Assembly: GCA_015064805.1 (NCBI GenBank)
Contig: SVRN01000004.1
Location: forward strand, 24,965-88,964
Length of the DNA stretch: 64,000 nt
Origin: Oscillospiraceae bacterium
GTDB taxonomy: Bacteria; Bacillota; Clostridia; Oscillospirales; CAG-272
Reading direction: 5' to 3'
Under the pieces are notes generated by a model that saw only the letters and a program-made list of their open reading frames with translations, was not told the DNA's origin and made no database searches. The position numbers and the translations under genes were made by a program. Positions 48,858 to 57,976 of this stretch are shown here, in pieces; the stretch's first letter is position 1; each line of letters begins with the position of its first letter.

Positions 48858-49112
48858 TGGAATTTTAACAACTTTTTCTACGGGACGGCGCGCCACAACG
48901 CGGCGCGCGTGCGGTTGTGTTACTTCTTTCTCATTCAAGAAAGAAGTAACCAAGAAAGTGAACCAAGACGTTCCCTCTTGGAACTCCTTTCCCGTGCCGC
49001 GCTACAAAGCAGAAAAGGAGAAAGACATATAGTTTTATTATACATCTCTCGCCGTTTTATCACCACGTGCGGCAGATATAGAAAGCGAAAAGTCTTGCGG
49101 GGTGTCAAGGAG
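48858..49112. mobile_element. Family-1 element, copy F (short)
   Basis: Pseudoknot 48919-48962, CCAAGACGTTCCCTCTTGG hairpin, GCCGC..GCGGC module. Confidence 0.8.
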
Positions 49113-49130
49113 CAGTAGTGAGAAATTTAA

Positions 49131-49940
49131 TCACAACCCCTCGCTGATCTCTGCCAACCCTTCCACCATCTCTCTCACCGCCGCACGGCCGGATACGTGG
49201 TGGTAAAACGCCGCGACGGCTTGTCCGACGTAGGGGGCAAGGAACAGTTGCCCTACGCCAAAGGTGAAAATGGAGAGAATGTGCCAGCCGATGAAGCTCA
49301 GCTCCAGGCAAAACAGCTTCCATTTGTTGCCTTGCATCATGCGGCTCGACTCGCGCAGAGCGTCACGCACCCCCATCTCGGGGTTCTCGCACAGCGCGTA
49401 ATCGGCCATCGCGTAACGGTAAGCGGCGATCAGACCGGGAATGATGAACAAAAGCGACCAAAGGAAAATAAACAGCGAGCGCAGAACATGCAGTGCCAGC
49501 GCCTTGAAAAACAGGCGGTTGAAGCCAAAGAACAGCGTGCCGACGGTGGGCTGCTCTCCGTCGATCAGTAACAAGCGGAAGCGTGCCAGACCCAGGCGGA
49601 TGCATCCGCCGAGCAAAAAGTGCAGCAGCGAAAGGGCGCTTGCGACGCTGATTACGAAGACGAGCATCGGCCATGCCGCGCGAAGGTAGGTCTCGACGGC
49701 AGCGGGCAAATTCTCGAATACAGTCGTCAGCCATTGATACATCTCATCCGGCAAGGAAACGCTCGCGTCGGGAAGCTCAATTTCAATATCAATACCCGGA
49801 AAGGCGGGCGTCGTTACCTGACCGCCCAGCAGCGTGGCAAGAAAGGTGACGAGAACGGAGAGCCACACCTGCCCTTGCAGGGCGCTGCGGGCCTCGGCGC
49901 GCAAGAGCTTGGCGCGCGGAACGGAAATATTGGGATTCAT
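49131..49940 (-). CDS. DUF975-family membrane protein
   Basis: LWSLLFIIPGLIAAYRY, S..MM.GNKWKLF.LELSFIGW. Confidence 0.92.
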   Translation of the reverse strand: MNPNISVPRAKLLRAEARSALQGQVWLSVLVTFLATLLGGQVTTPAFPGIDIEIELPDASVSLPDEMYQWLTTVFENLPAAVETYLRAAWPMLVFVISVASALSLLHFLLGGCIRLGLARFRLLLIDGEQPTVGTLFFGFNRLFFKALALHVLRSLFIFLWSLLFIIPGLIAAYRYAMADYALCENPEMGVRDALRESSRMMQGNKWKLFCLELSFIGWHILSIFTFGVGQLFLAPYVGQAVAAFYHHVSGRAAVREMVEGLAEISEGL

Positions 49941-49958
49941 ATAAACCTCCTTGATCTT

Positions 49959-51419
49959 TTACTCTTGCATCGCCATGACGATGCGCTTGAAGGTTCGTCC
50001 GCGCACCTCAAAGTTGGGGAATGCGTCAAAGCTGGCGCAGGCAGGGGAGAGCAGTAGGGCGTCACCCGCATTGGCCAGCGAAGCGGCCGCGTAGACGGCG
50101 GCTTCAAACTCGCGCTCGACGCGAACGGTCAGGCGCTCGGGATCGTAATCGGGGCAGGCGTGGATGGCGGCCAGGATCTTGTCGGCCGTCGCGCCCGTCA
50201 GAACGACGGCGTGCACACGGGCACACAGCGCGTCGGCAAGCGGTGCAAAGTCGACGTGCTTGTCATAGCCGCCGCAGATGGCCACGATGGGGATCTCGGG
50301 GGCAAAGGCAGACAGCGCCGCACCCGTTCGGGTGGGAGTCGAGTCGATCGAGCTGTTATAGTAGGTCACGCCGCCAAGCGTGCGCACGATCTCGAGTCGA
50401 TGCTCCACGCCGCCAAACGTCGTAGCGACCGAACGGATGGCCTCGGGGGTGACGAGATCGTGGACAAGGCCGAGGGCGGCCATGTAGTTTTCAATGTTGT
50501 GCTGACCGGGCAGCAAAATGTCCTTCGTTGCCAAAAGGGGGGTGTCCTTGTCGCCTTGACGGTGGGTGATGACGCCGTCCAATAAAAACATCGCGTCCGC
50601 ATCGGGCGAGAAGATGGCAGGATCGGTTTGCGACGAGGAAAACAGCACGAGCGCGCGCTTGCCTGCTTGTTCGCTTGCCAGCGCGGCGGTCACGGCGTTG
50701 TCGGCGTTGGTGACCAGTCGCTCGCAACGCGCACCGTTATAGATATGTGTTTTCGCCTGCGTGTACTCCTCCATATCGGGGTGCCAGTTGAGATGATTGG
50801 GCGTCAGGTTGGTGACGATGGCACGGTGGGGAACGCAAGCATCGGGCAGATCAAACAGCTGAAAGCTGGATAGCTCAACTACGGCAAAATCGTCCGCCTT
50901 CATGCTCGTTGCCAAGGGGAGCAACGGCTGGCCGATGTTGCCGCCCAGATAGACGCGCTTGCCCGCGGCCTCCAACATTTTTGCGGTCAGGGTGGAGGTG
51001 GTGGTCTTACCGTCCGAGCCCGTGATGCCAAGCACCGTTGCGGGGGTGATCTCAAGGAACCATGCCATTTCGCTCGTCAGCTCCGCGCCGTTCTTGACAG
51101 CCTCGACAATAGCAGGTACGTCGGGGCGGATGCCGGGGGTGCGGAAGATCAACGTGGGCGTGGGCGTAAGAGCATCCGCCATATCGGTCGTAAAGCGAAC
51201 GCCGCACTCGGATGCAGAGCACGCAGCTTCGCCCAGCTCCTCGGCAGAACGCTGGTCGTATACGGTTACGTGCGCGCCAAGACGGCACAGCACGGTGACC
51301 AGGGGGCGGTTGGAAATGCCAAAACCCAACACGCTCACGTCGTTTCCTTTTGCCAGATCGGCGATGCGTCCCGTAGGCAGAGGCGCGGTATTGATATCGA
51401 ACAGAGTAGGTATGGACAT
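49959..51419 (-). CDS. murD: UDP-N-acetylmuramoyl-L-alanine--D-glutamate ligase
   Basis: ITGSDGKTTT, GGNIG, VELSSFQL, N.TPNHL, GVEHRLE, LLSPACASFD.F.NFE.RG. Confidence 0.96.
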   Translation of the reverse strand: MSIPTLFDINTAPLPTGRIADLAKGNDVSVLGFGISNRPLVTVLCRLGAHVTVYDQRSAEELGEAACSASECGVRFTTDMADALTPTPTLIFRTPGIRPDVPAIVEAVKNGAELTSEMAWFLEITPATVLGITGSDGKTTTSTLTAKMLEAAGKRVYLGGNIGQPLLPLATSMKADDFAVVELSSFQLFDLPDACVPHRAIVTNLTPNHLNWHPDMEEYTQAKTHIYNGARCERLVTNADNAVTAALASEQAGKRALVLFSSSQTDPAIFSPDADAMFLLDGVITHRQGDKDTPLLATKDILLPGQHNIENYMAALGLVHDLVTPEAIRSVATTFGGVEHRLEIVRTLGGVTYYNSSIDSTPTRTGAALSAFAPEIPIVAICGGYDKHVDFAPLADALCARVHAVVLTGATADKILAAIHACPDYDPERLTVRVEREFEAAVYAAASLANAGDALLLSPACASFDAFPNFEVRGRTFKRIVMAMQE

Positions 51420-51554
51420 GGTGCGCCTCCTTGAAAAACATACTTATTATATTATATACGAAAAGGGCGACGGATGCAAGAGAGTGAGTGAAAAAAGTAC
51501 GTATCTGAGTGAAAAAATCCCTTTATTTCGTATTTGCTTCTTGAAAATAACCAA

Positions 51555-51616
51555 TTTCGTTATTTTATAACAAATTCATGCGATAATACTCATATTTTGT
51601 TAGAATGTAACAAAAT
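51555..51616. promoter_or_regulatory. Two palindromic GTTA-N5-TAAC candidate operators
   Basis: ATTTTGTTA-GAATG-TAACAAAAT (51594-51616) and TTCGTTA-TTTTA-TAACAAA. Confidence 0.6.
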
Positions 51617-51627
51617 GGAGGTGCGAC

Positions 51628-51891
51628 ATGGTACGAATTTTGCTTTCTAAAAAATTAGGCGAGCTGCGTTGGACGCAAGCGGATCTTGCGCGTGCGACGG
51701 GGATTCGCCCTTCAACGATCAATGAATATTATCACGAATTTGCCGAGCGCATCAATCTTGAGCACTTGGATCTCATCTGCGAGGCGTTGCAATGCGACTT
51801 GGGTGAAATCTTGGTACGGGTTCCAAATGCCGAGCCAAAAGTGAAATCGCGCAGTACGGCTCGTGAGCGCAAAAAAGAGGAAAACGCATGA
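51628..51891 (+). CDS. Cro/C1-type HTH (XRE) regulator
   Basis: TQADLARATGIRPSTIN, L..ICEAL.C..GEIL. Confidence 0.9.
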   Translation: MVRILLSKKLGELRWTQADLARATGIRPSTINEYYHEFAERINLEHLDLICEALQCDLGEILVRVPNAEPKVKSRSTARERKKEENA

Positions 51892-52610
51892 AACGGCTGA
51901 TATTGTCATTGATTCTGCTGCTTCCTCTTGTTCTGGTTGCATGCAAGCCACAATCGACACTGCCGGACGACGCGGTTGAGCCCGACGTCCATGCGATATC
52001 CGTCGAGCGGCTGTGCGAGGCGATGGATATGGATCAGACCCACGCGGCGGCGCTGCTTGATCTGCTCGCCCAGATAGATTTTGAGGGCGAGGTGCTGTTT
52101 GCTTATCATGCGACCGACGACAACGACGAGGCGTACTATCATATCTGGATCGGGGAGCGGACGGTCGACGTATATATGAAGGAGGACGGCACCGTCGCGG
52201 CGGTGCAAAGCGGGGGCATTCTGCTGTATGGAACGGTGCCTCATCCGAGTGAGCCACCCGCTAAGGGAGACGATCCGCCTTTCGAGGACGACCCGAACGA
52301 GCCGCCCGTTACTCTGACGCTGACGCTTGAGAGCCACACGGCGAGCGTAGAAGCAGGATGCGACGGACGCGTCAGCGTGTTCGGCCAAGCAGGCGTGGAA
52401 TATAAGATCAAGGTTTATTACGCCAGCGGCGTGTCGACGGCCAAGGCGCTCTCGCCCAAGGTCGCGGCCGAGGACGGCAGTCTCGTGTGGGAATGGACGG
52501 TCAGTAGCCGCACCAAGCCCGGCACGTATAAGATCATCGTCGTCCGCGCAGACGACGAAAGAGATATGATCACCTTGCCCTTTGAGGTGACCGCACCGAG
52601 CGGGGATTGA
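51888..52610 (+). CDS. Hypothetical lipoprotein
   Basis: LVAC lipobox; Ig-like C-terminal domain (V.W.W.V...T.PG.Y); ATGA overlap with the HTH gene. Confidence 0.8.
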   Translation: MKRLILSLILLLPLVLVACKPQSTLPDDAVEPDVHAISVERLCEAMDMDQTHAAALLDLLAQIDFEGEVLFAYHATDDNDEAYYHIWIGERTVDVYMKEDGTVAAVQSGGILLYGTVPHPSEPPAKGDDPPFEDDPNEPPVTLTLTLESHTASVEAGCDGRVSVFGQAGVEYKIKVYYASGVSTAKALSPKVAAEDGSLVWEWTVSSRTKPGTYKIIVVRADDERDMITLPFEVTAPSGD

Positions 52611-52626
52611 CGATTCCTACTCTTTG

Positions 52627-52800
52627 AAAGTTTTTAGTCAAGTTTTTTTCAAAAAACTTGCAGAGTCCAGAGACAGCGTCTCTGGTCGCCCTCCGCAGAG
52701 GGCGAAATTCTTTATCCTTACCAAGCGCCCGAAGGGGTGAATTGTCAATCGCTTGCGATTGACAAGAGGGGAAACCACAAGTGGGGTTTCCCCTTTTTTT
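52627..52800. repeat. Family-2 element
   Basis: Colinear with 25040-25200 (CAAGCGCCCGAA.GGGTGAATT, AAGAGGGGAAACCACAAGTGGGGTTT). Confidence 0.85.
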
Positions 52801-52803
52801 ATA

Positions 52804-53418
52804 TCACATTCCCCCATTTTGCGGTCGAAGCAAGACGCCGTCGGCAGCGCAGGTCAGCGGGCGAAAGGCCGATCCCGAGAGCAGCTGGCGATAGCAGAGG
52901 TCGTTTTCAAGCAGCAAACGCGTACCGCGGATATGCAAAAAACGGGCGGTCGCGTAGCGGTAGGTGGACAACGGGCGGTTGCGGGCGTCGTCCGTGTGGG
53001 CGCTGACCAGAAAATCATCGCCCTCCCGGCCCGTGATCATGAGCGTGTGATAGTACGTCCCCTGCTCGTTGGCCAGCTGTACCACGTCGCCCGGCTCGAT
53101 CATGGTCGTTGGCACCTCTGCGCCAAAGGGGCCCTCGCCTCCGTTTTCACGCAGATACTCGGGATTTCCCGTGATGAAATTATAGAAAAACTGCACTCCC
53201 GTCCAGGCAGGCGCGCGGTTTTCGGGCGAAAAATAGTACCAGCCGAAATCCAGCGTGTCGTTCATGACACAGCTCCCCGCCAGGATCGCTTGCGAGACGA
53301 AGTTGGTGCAGTCGCCCCCAATGCCGGCAAAATCGGGGAACAGCGGATTGCGCGACAGCGCCCAGCGAAGCGCGTATTCGACCGCCCGCTCTCTTACGTA
53401 AGGTATCTCGATCAACAT
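52804..53418 (-). CDS. Amidase_6 domain protein
   Basis: Y.R..AV.YA..WA..RNP, GGDCTNFVSQ, PGDVVQL, YH, AHT. Confidence 0.88.
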   Translation of the reverse strand: MLIEIPYVRERAVEYALRWALSRNPLFPDFAGIGGDCTNFVSQAILAGSCVMNDTLDFGWYYFSPENRAPAWTGVQFFYNFITGNPEYLRENGGEGPFGAEVPTTMIEPGDVVQLANEQGTYYHTLMITGREGDDFLVSAHTDDARNRPLSTYRYATARFLHIRGTRLLLENDLCYRQLLSGSAFRPLTCAADGVLLRPQNGGM

Positions 53419-53495
53419 ATGCATCCCTCCTCCCGCCAGTATATGCGGACAACATGTGCCCCGTTTTCCAAAAAATCAATAATTTTCTCAAAAGA

Positions 53496-53557
53496 TGTTG
53501 ACAAGTCAACAAATGTCATGTATAATGGGCGACGGCGGGATGTTGAGCAGTCAACAT
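53496..53557 (+). promoter_or_regulatory. Sigma-A promoter with two palindromic operators upstream of degV
   Basis: TTGACA(53498)-17-TATAAT; TGTTGACAAGTCAACA and ATGTTGAGCAGTCAACAT. Confidence 0.7.
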
Positions 53558-53612
53558 TTTTCTGCAAACAGCCTCCTAACAAAAAGCATCCCGCCCTTCA
53601 AAGGAGAACGAT

Positions 53613-54470
53613 ATGAGTAAGGTAAGACCGGTCCGCATCATCGTGGACTCGAGCTGCGATGCCGCGCCCGAGGTGCGCGCGCGATTGCGCGTGGTGCCCT
53701 TGAGAGTGCGCTTTGGCAACGACGAATATATCGACGGTGTGACCATCACGCACCACGAGTTTTATTATATGCTGACCACAAGGCAAGATCTTCCCACGAC
53801 CAGCCAGGCCAATCCCGCCGCCTTTGCGAGCGTGTACGACGAGGTGCTGGCGGCGGATGAGGATGCCGTCGTGCTGACCATTTCCTCGGCGCTGTCGGGT
53901 ACGTATCAAAGTGCCGTTATCGCCGCTTCGGACGTTAGCGACCGCATCCACGTGGTCAATAGCAAGACGGTGGCCATCGGTACGGGCATTTTGGCGGAGC
54001 ACGCGCTGTCGCTGGCTGATGCGGGCCGGAGCGCGGCTGATATTGCCGCCGAGTTGAATCGCTTGCGCGATCGGGTACGCCTTTTGGCCGTGGTCGATAC
54101 GCTGGAATACCTCAAGCGCGGCGGGCGCCTTTCACGCACGGCCGCCTTGGCGGGAACGGTGCTGGGCATCAAGCCGCTGTTGACCTTGCGCGACGGCGCG
54201 GTTGATATGCTGGGCAAGGCGCGGGGGAGTCGGCAGGGATATGCGGCCATTCAAAAAATAGCGACGGACATGGGCGGCGTCAATTTCGACCTGCCCGTGA
54301 TGCTGGGCTACACGGGGCAGAGCGACGAGGCGCTGTGGCAGTTCGTTTCTTGCACCAGGGCGCTGTGGGGCGAGCATCGGGATGAGTTGCGGGCGTCGCC
54401 CATCGGCAGCGTCGTCGGCACGCACGCGGGCCCCGGCGCGGTCGCCGTGGCGTATATTGAGAGGGAATAA
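53613..54470 (+). CDS. DegV/FakB fatty-acid-binding protein
   Basis: IIVDSSCD, PTTSQ, ISS.LSGTYQSA, LEYL.RGGR, IKPLL, GTH.GPG. Confidence 0.95.
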   Translation: MSKVRPVRIIVDSSCDAAPEVRARLRVVPLRVRFGNDEYIDGVTITHHEFYYMLTTRQDLPTTSQANPAAFASVYDEVLAADEDAVVLTISSALSGTYQSAVIAASDVSDRIHVVNSKTVAIGTGILAEHALSLADAGRSAADIAAELNRLRDRVRLLAVVDTLEYLKRGGRLSRTAALAGTVLGIKPLLTLRDGAVDMLGKARGSRQGYAAIQKIATDMGGVNFDLPVMLGYTGQSDEALWQFVSCTRALWGEHRDELRASPIGSVVGTHAGPGAVAVAYIERE

Positions 54471-54471
54471 A

Positions 54472-54514
54472 GAGTGAGGGGAAAACTTCTTGGAAGAAGT
54501 TTTCCCCTCACTCT
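54472..54514. repeat. Family-2 palindrome, possibly acting as bidirectional terminator
   Basis: GAGTGAGGGGAAAACTTCTT-GG-AAGAAGTTTTCCCCTCACTC between convergent genes. Confidence 0.75.
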
Positions 54515-54524
54515 CTTGTTATCA

Positions 54525-55349
54525 TCATTCCTCCCCGCCCTCATAGCCCGGCAGGATGCCGTCGAGGCGATTGTTCCAAAGGCGCAATCTGCCGCCCTCC
54601 ATTTTGAAGACGCGGTCGGCGCGGGCGGCGATGGACAGGTCGTGTGTGACCATGACCAGCGCGCATCCCATTTCGGCGCGGGTGTCCAATAGCAGCTGCA
54701 GCACGTCCTCGGCGTTGGCACGGTCCAAATTGCCCGTCGGCTCGTCGGCAAACAGGACTTGGGGGCGATTGATCAGCGCGCGGGCGATGGCAACTCTTTG
54801 CTGCTGTCCGCCCGACAATTCGCTGGGCAGATGGTGCAGTCGATCGGCCAGATCGAGCGAGGCGACCAGCAGCTTGAGGTGCTGATCGTAGGAGATTTCA
54901 TCCCGCCCGCACATCAGCGTCGGCACGAGAATGTTTTCCAGCGCGGTCAGATGGGGGATGAGATGGTGGCTCTGAAAGATCATGCCGAGAAAGCTGCCGC
55001 GGAACTTGCCAAGCTCGTCCTCGTTCATGTTCTCCAGCTTGTGACCGCGTACCACGATACTGCCCGCCTGAGGGCGATCCAGTCCCGCGCACAGGTGGAG
55101 CAGGGTGCTTTTGCCCGAGCCCGACGCGCCCACGATGGCGACGAACTCGCCCATGAACACGCGGAAGCTGGCGCGGTTGACGGCGGTGACCACCTCGTCG
55201 TACTGGTTGTACTGACGAATGACGTCGGTCGCCTCCAAAATGACCTTGCGCCCGTCGACGACGGGGGCGAGATCGGCGGTGTGATTGTCAATGGCCTCTT
55301 GCATGGCGCGGCGCGCCGCCTCGGCCTTTTTATCTTTTTTCGGATACAT
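54525..55349 (-). CDS. ABC transporter ATP-binding protein (LolD/MacB-like)
   Basis: GASGSGKST, LSGGQQQRVAIARAL, FADEPTGNLD, VTHD. Confidence 0.95.
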   Translation of the reverse strand: MYPKKDKKAEAARRAMQEAIDNHTADLAPVVDGRKVILEATDVIRQYNQYDEVVTAVNRASFRVFMGEFVAIVGASGSGKSTLLHLCAGLDRPQAGSIVVRGHKLENMNEDELGKFRGSFLGMIFQSHHLIPHLTALENILVPTLMCGRDEISYDQHLKLLVASLDLADRLHHLPSELSGGQQQRVAIARALINRPQVLFADEPTGNLDRANAEDVLQLLLDTRAEMGCALVMVTHDLSIAARADRVFKMEGGRLRLWNNRLDGILPGYEGGEE

Positions 55350-55367
55350 GCGTTGCTCCTTTCGTGG

Positions 55368-57641
55368 TTATTCGCCTGCCATAAGCGAAACGGTGCGGGT
55401 GCGACAACGGGCGCGGTAACGAAGTCCTGCCAGCACGGGCGGCAAAAATCCGCAGATCAGGGACAGCACGGAAGCGATAGCGAGCGAGATCCAGGGGAAT
55501 TCGTAGCGCAACACCACCGTGGTGATAAATCCGCCCGCAGGCAGATAGCGATTGAACAGCGAGAACAGCAGCCGATCGCAGATCAGCACACAGGGAACGG
55601 TCAGGGTGAGCGCCGCCAGGGCGGTAACCAGACCTGAGATGAGGTTACTTTGCAGGATCTCGGTGCGTGTTGCGCCAAGCGCGCGTAGCATATCCCATTC
55701 CTTTTCCCGCTTGCGGTAAAAGACGCGCTGGGAGAAGAACAGAATCAGCGGCATCATGAGCAGAAAGCTGACGGCCAGCACGCGCAGGCGTCCTTGCAGA
55801 TTGGACAGCGAGGTCGTGTAGCGGTCGAAAAAGACGTCGTTGTTTTTGACGTTGCAATGATAATAGCCGTAAGCGGCGGCGTAAACGGCGTCGCCTACGC
55901 GCTCCCACGTATCAAAATCGGCGTCCTTTTGCAGATAGACGTCCAGAGAAAAGCGAACGGGGGGCTGCAGCGTCAACGCTTCGTATTCCTTGAAATTGAC
56001 ACCGACGAGCAAACGGTCGTTGGCCGTTACGTCGTGAATGACGGCGCCTACGGTGTATTCCTCGTAGCCGAACGAGCCGCAATCGAGCTGTTGCATCAAA
56101 ATCTGCTTCAGATCCACAAGGCCAACGGCTTCGATTCCCTCAATCGCCGCCGTGGTGGCGATCAGAATTTTGTCCCCGGGGGCGAAGCTGAACATTTTGG
56201 TGCTGCTGACCGACTCGGTGATGACGACGGTTTTATCGTCGCGCAGTACGGAGGAAAGATCGCCCTCGATATCGGTGTACTGCCGCTGCAACGCGGTGAT
56301 GGCGGCCTCGTCAAGTGCCGTGTAGCTGTAATGGTTGGTGGCGGCCTGCCACAGATCAGCGTCGGCGCGGTTGAGGGGGCGGTCGTAATACACCGTCACG
56401 CTTGCCGCACCGTGCGTGTGATCCTCTTGAAGCAGCATATGGCTGCCAAGCATGGTAACGGGACAAAGAAGCTGTTCGGGCAGGCACATGGACACGCCTT
56501 CAACGGATAAGATCTCCTCTGAAAGCGCGGCGGTGTTTTGATTGAGCGTGTCAGCGTCGACCACCTCGGGAGAAAAGGTCACGGTGAAGTCGGGGGCAGG
56601 GGAGGCCTGCCGCTTTTCGTAAATATCGGACAGCGTCATGGCCGTGGTAAACAGCGTGGGTAAAAGAACTGCCGAGACCATCAGCCCGATCAGGTAGCGG
56701 CGGTAACGCCACAGGCTGATCAGCTCCAGATCGCGGGGAAAGCTTGCCCCGAAAATGCGAAGGGAGCGGCGGGGAGAGGTGGCGTGATTGCTGTTATCCC
56801 GCGCCCGCAAAAGCGCGACGGGCGGCTTTTTGGAGAGTCGGTGCATGGGAATGCGGACGGCCGCCAGCACGGTCAGAAGCGTGAACAGCAAAACCAGCAA
56901 CAGCGCTGCGGTGGAATAGTGCAACGCAACGCCGCGCGCGGCGTACAGCGCGATCGTAATACTGCTGCCGAGCAGGAGGGCGGGTAGAAGCGTCAGAAGC
57001 GAGAGAGCAAGCAGCTCACGGCAGCTGCGCCAATACAGACGGCGATAGGTCGCGCCGCAGGTCATGTAAATGGCGTAGTCAAACGTGTCGCGGTCGAGCC
57101 GCATGCGATAGAGCTGCATGAGTAAAAACAGCGAAAGGGCAAACACGGCCAGCGTCGCGACCGCCAAAAAAGCGAAAATATCTGGCAGATATTCCGCGCG
57201 GTAATCGTACAGCGGCGAGTATCCGGGCGCGAGATCGTAAAGGCCGTGCTCCTCCAAAAAATAGGCGGCGGCGCGGCGGGGGGAGGCACCCTTGAGAGTA
57301 ATATAAGCGTTGTAGCTGCCGTCCGGCATTTTTTCGTAGCGGATGGTACGGTAGGTCTCGGTCTCGGGAGCGGCGGTGGGCTCGGTGCCGCATTCGTTGT
57401 ACAGCTCAACGTACTGCGGCTGTGTCATGCCGCGGTACTCCAGCTCGTAATCGTAGCTTTGCGTGACGGTCTGCCTCGTCAGATACAGATCGTGCGCCGC
57501 CGAGAAGAACAATACGGTGTAAAGCGTCTGGATGATGGCCAGCGCGATCAGAAAAGCAATATGCGAGGGCAGATTGCGCAACAGCGTGCCAAGCAGAGAC
57601 CGCTTGGCCTTTCGTTGGTTTTTGGCTTGCTTCGATTGCAT
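55368..57641 (-). CDS. ABC transporter permease (FtsX/MacB-like, two TM blocks)
   Basis: Likely start MQSKQ after AAAGGGG; R.KE..MLRALGA motif; adjacent ATPase. Confidence 0.85.
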   Translation of the reverse strand: MQSKQAKNQRKAKRSLLGTLLRNLPSHIAFLIALAIIQTLYTVLFFSAAHDLYLTRQTVTQSYDYELEYRGMTQPQYVELYNECGTEPTAAPETETYRTIRYEKMPDGSYNAYITLKGASPRRAAAYFLEEHGLYDLAPGYSPLYDYRAEYLPDIFAFLAVATLAVFALSLFLLMQLYRMRLDRDTFDYAIYMTCGATYRRLYWRSCRELLALSLLTLLPALLLGSSITIALYAARGVALHYSTAALLLVLLFTLLTVLAAVRIPMHRLSKKPPVALLRARDNSNHATSPRRSLRIFGASFPRDLELISLWRYRRYLIGLMVSAVLLPTLFTTAMTLSDIYEKRQASPAPDFTVTFSPEVVDADTLNQNTAALSEEILSVEGVSMCLPEQLLCPVTMLGSHMLLQEDHTHGAASVTVYYDRPLNRADADLWQAATNHYSYTALDEAAITALQRQYTDIEGDLSSVLRDDKTVVITESVSSTKMFSFAPGDKILIATTAAIEGIEAVGLVDLKQILMQQLDCGSFGYEEYTVGAVIHDVTANDRLLVGVNFKEYEALTLQPPVRFSLDVYLQKDADFDTWERVGDAVYAAAYGYYHCNVKNNDVFFDRYTTSLSNLQGRLRVLAVSFLLMMPLILFFSQRVFYRKREKEWDMLRALGATRTEILQSNLISGLVTALAALTLTVPCVLICDRLLFSLFNRYLPAGGFITTVVLRYEFPWISLAIASVLSLICGFLPPVLAGLRYRARCRTRTVSLMAGE

Positions 57642-57976
57642 GTCGATGCCCCCTTTGCTACGTACTGATTTTATTATATCAAAAGATCTTTTCTCTTGCA
57701 AGGGGTTTTGAACGATGCTAAAAAGTTTACAACTTATGCAGAATGCACAATCAAAGCGCATGCCGTCTTGCAACCGACGGAGGATGAACTTTCAAAAAAC
57801 AAGCGAGAGTAACGCTTCGCATGGGCGAGAATGTGAACAGTTTGTAACCTTTTTGAAAGATGCTTGAAAAAAAGCGCGAAATGTAGTATTATATATACTG
57901 GGGAACGATGGGGGCATTGACACCTCGTTCCGTGTAAGCGTAAACAAAAAATACATATAGAAAAGAGGAAATTTCT

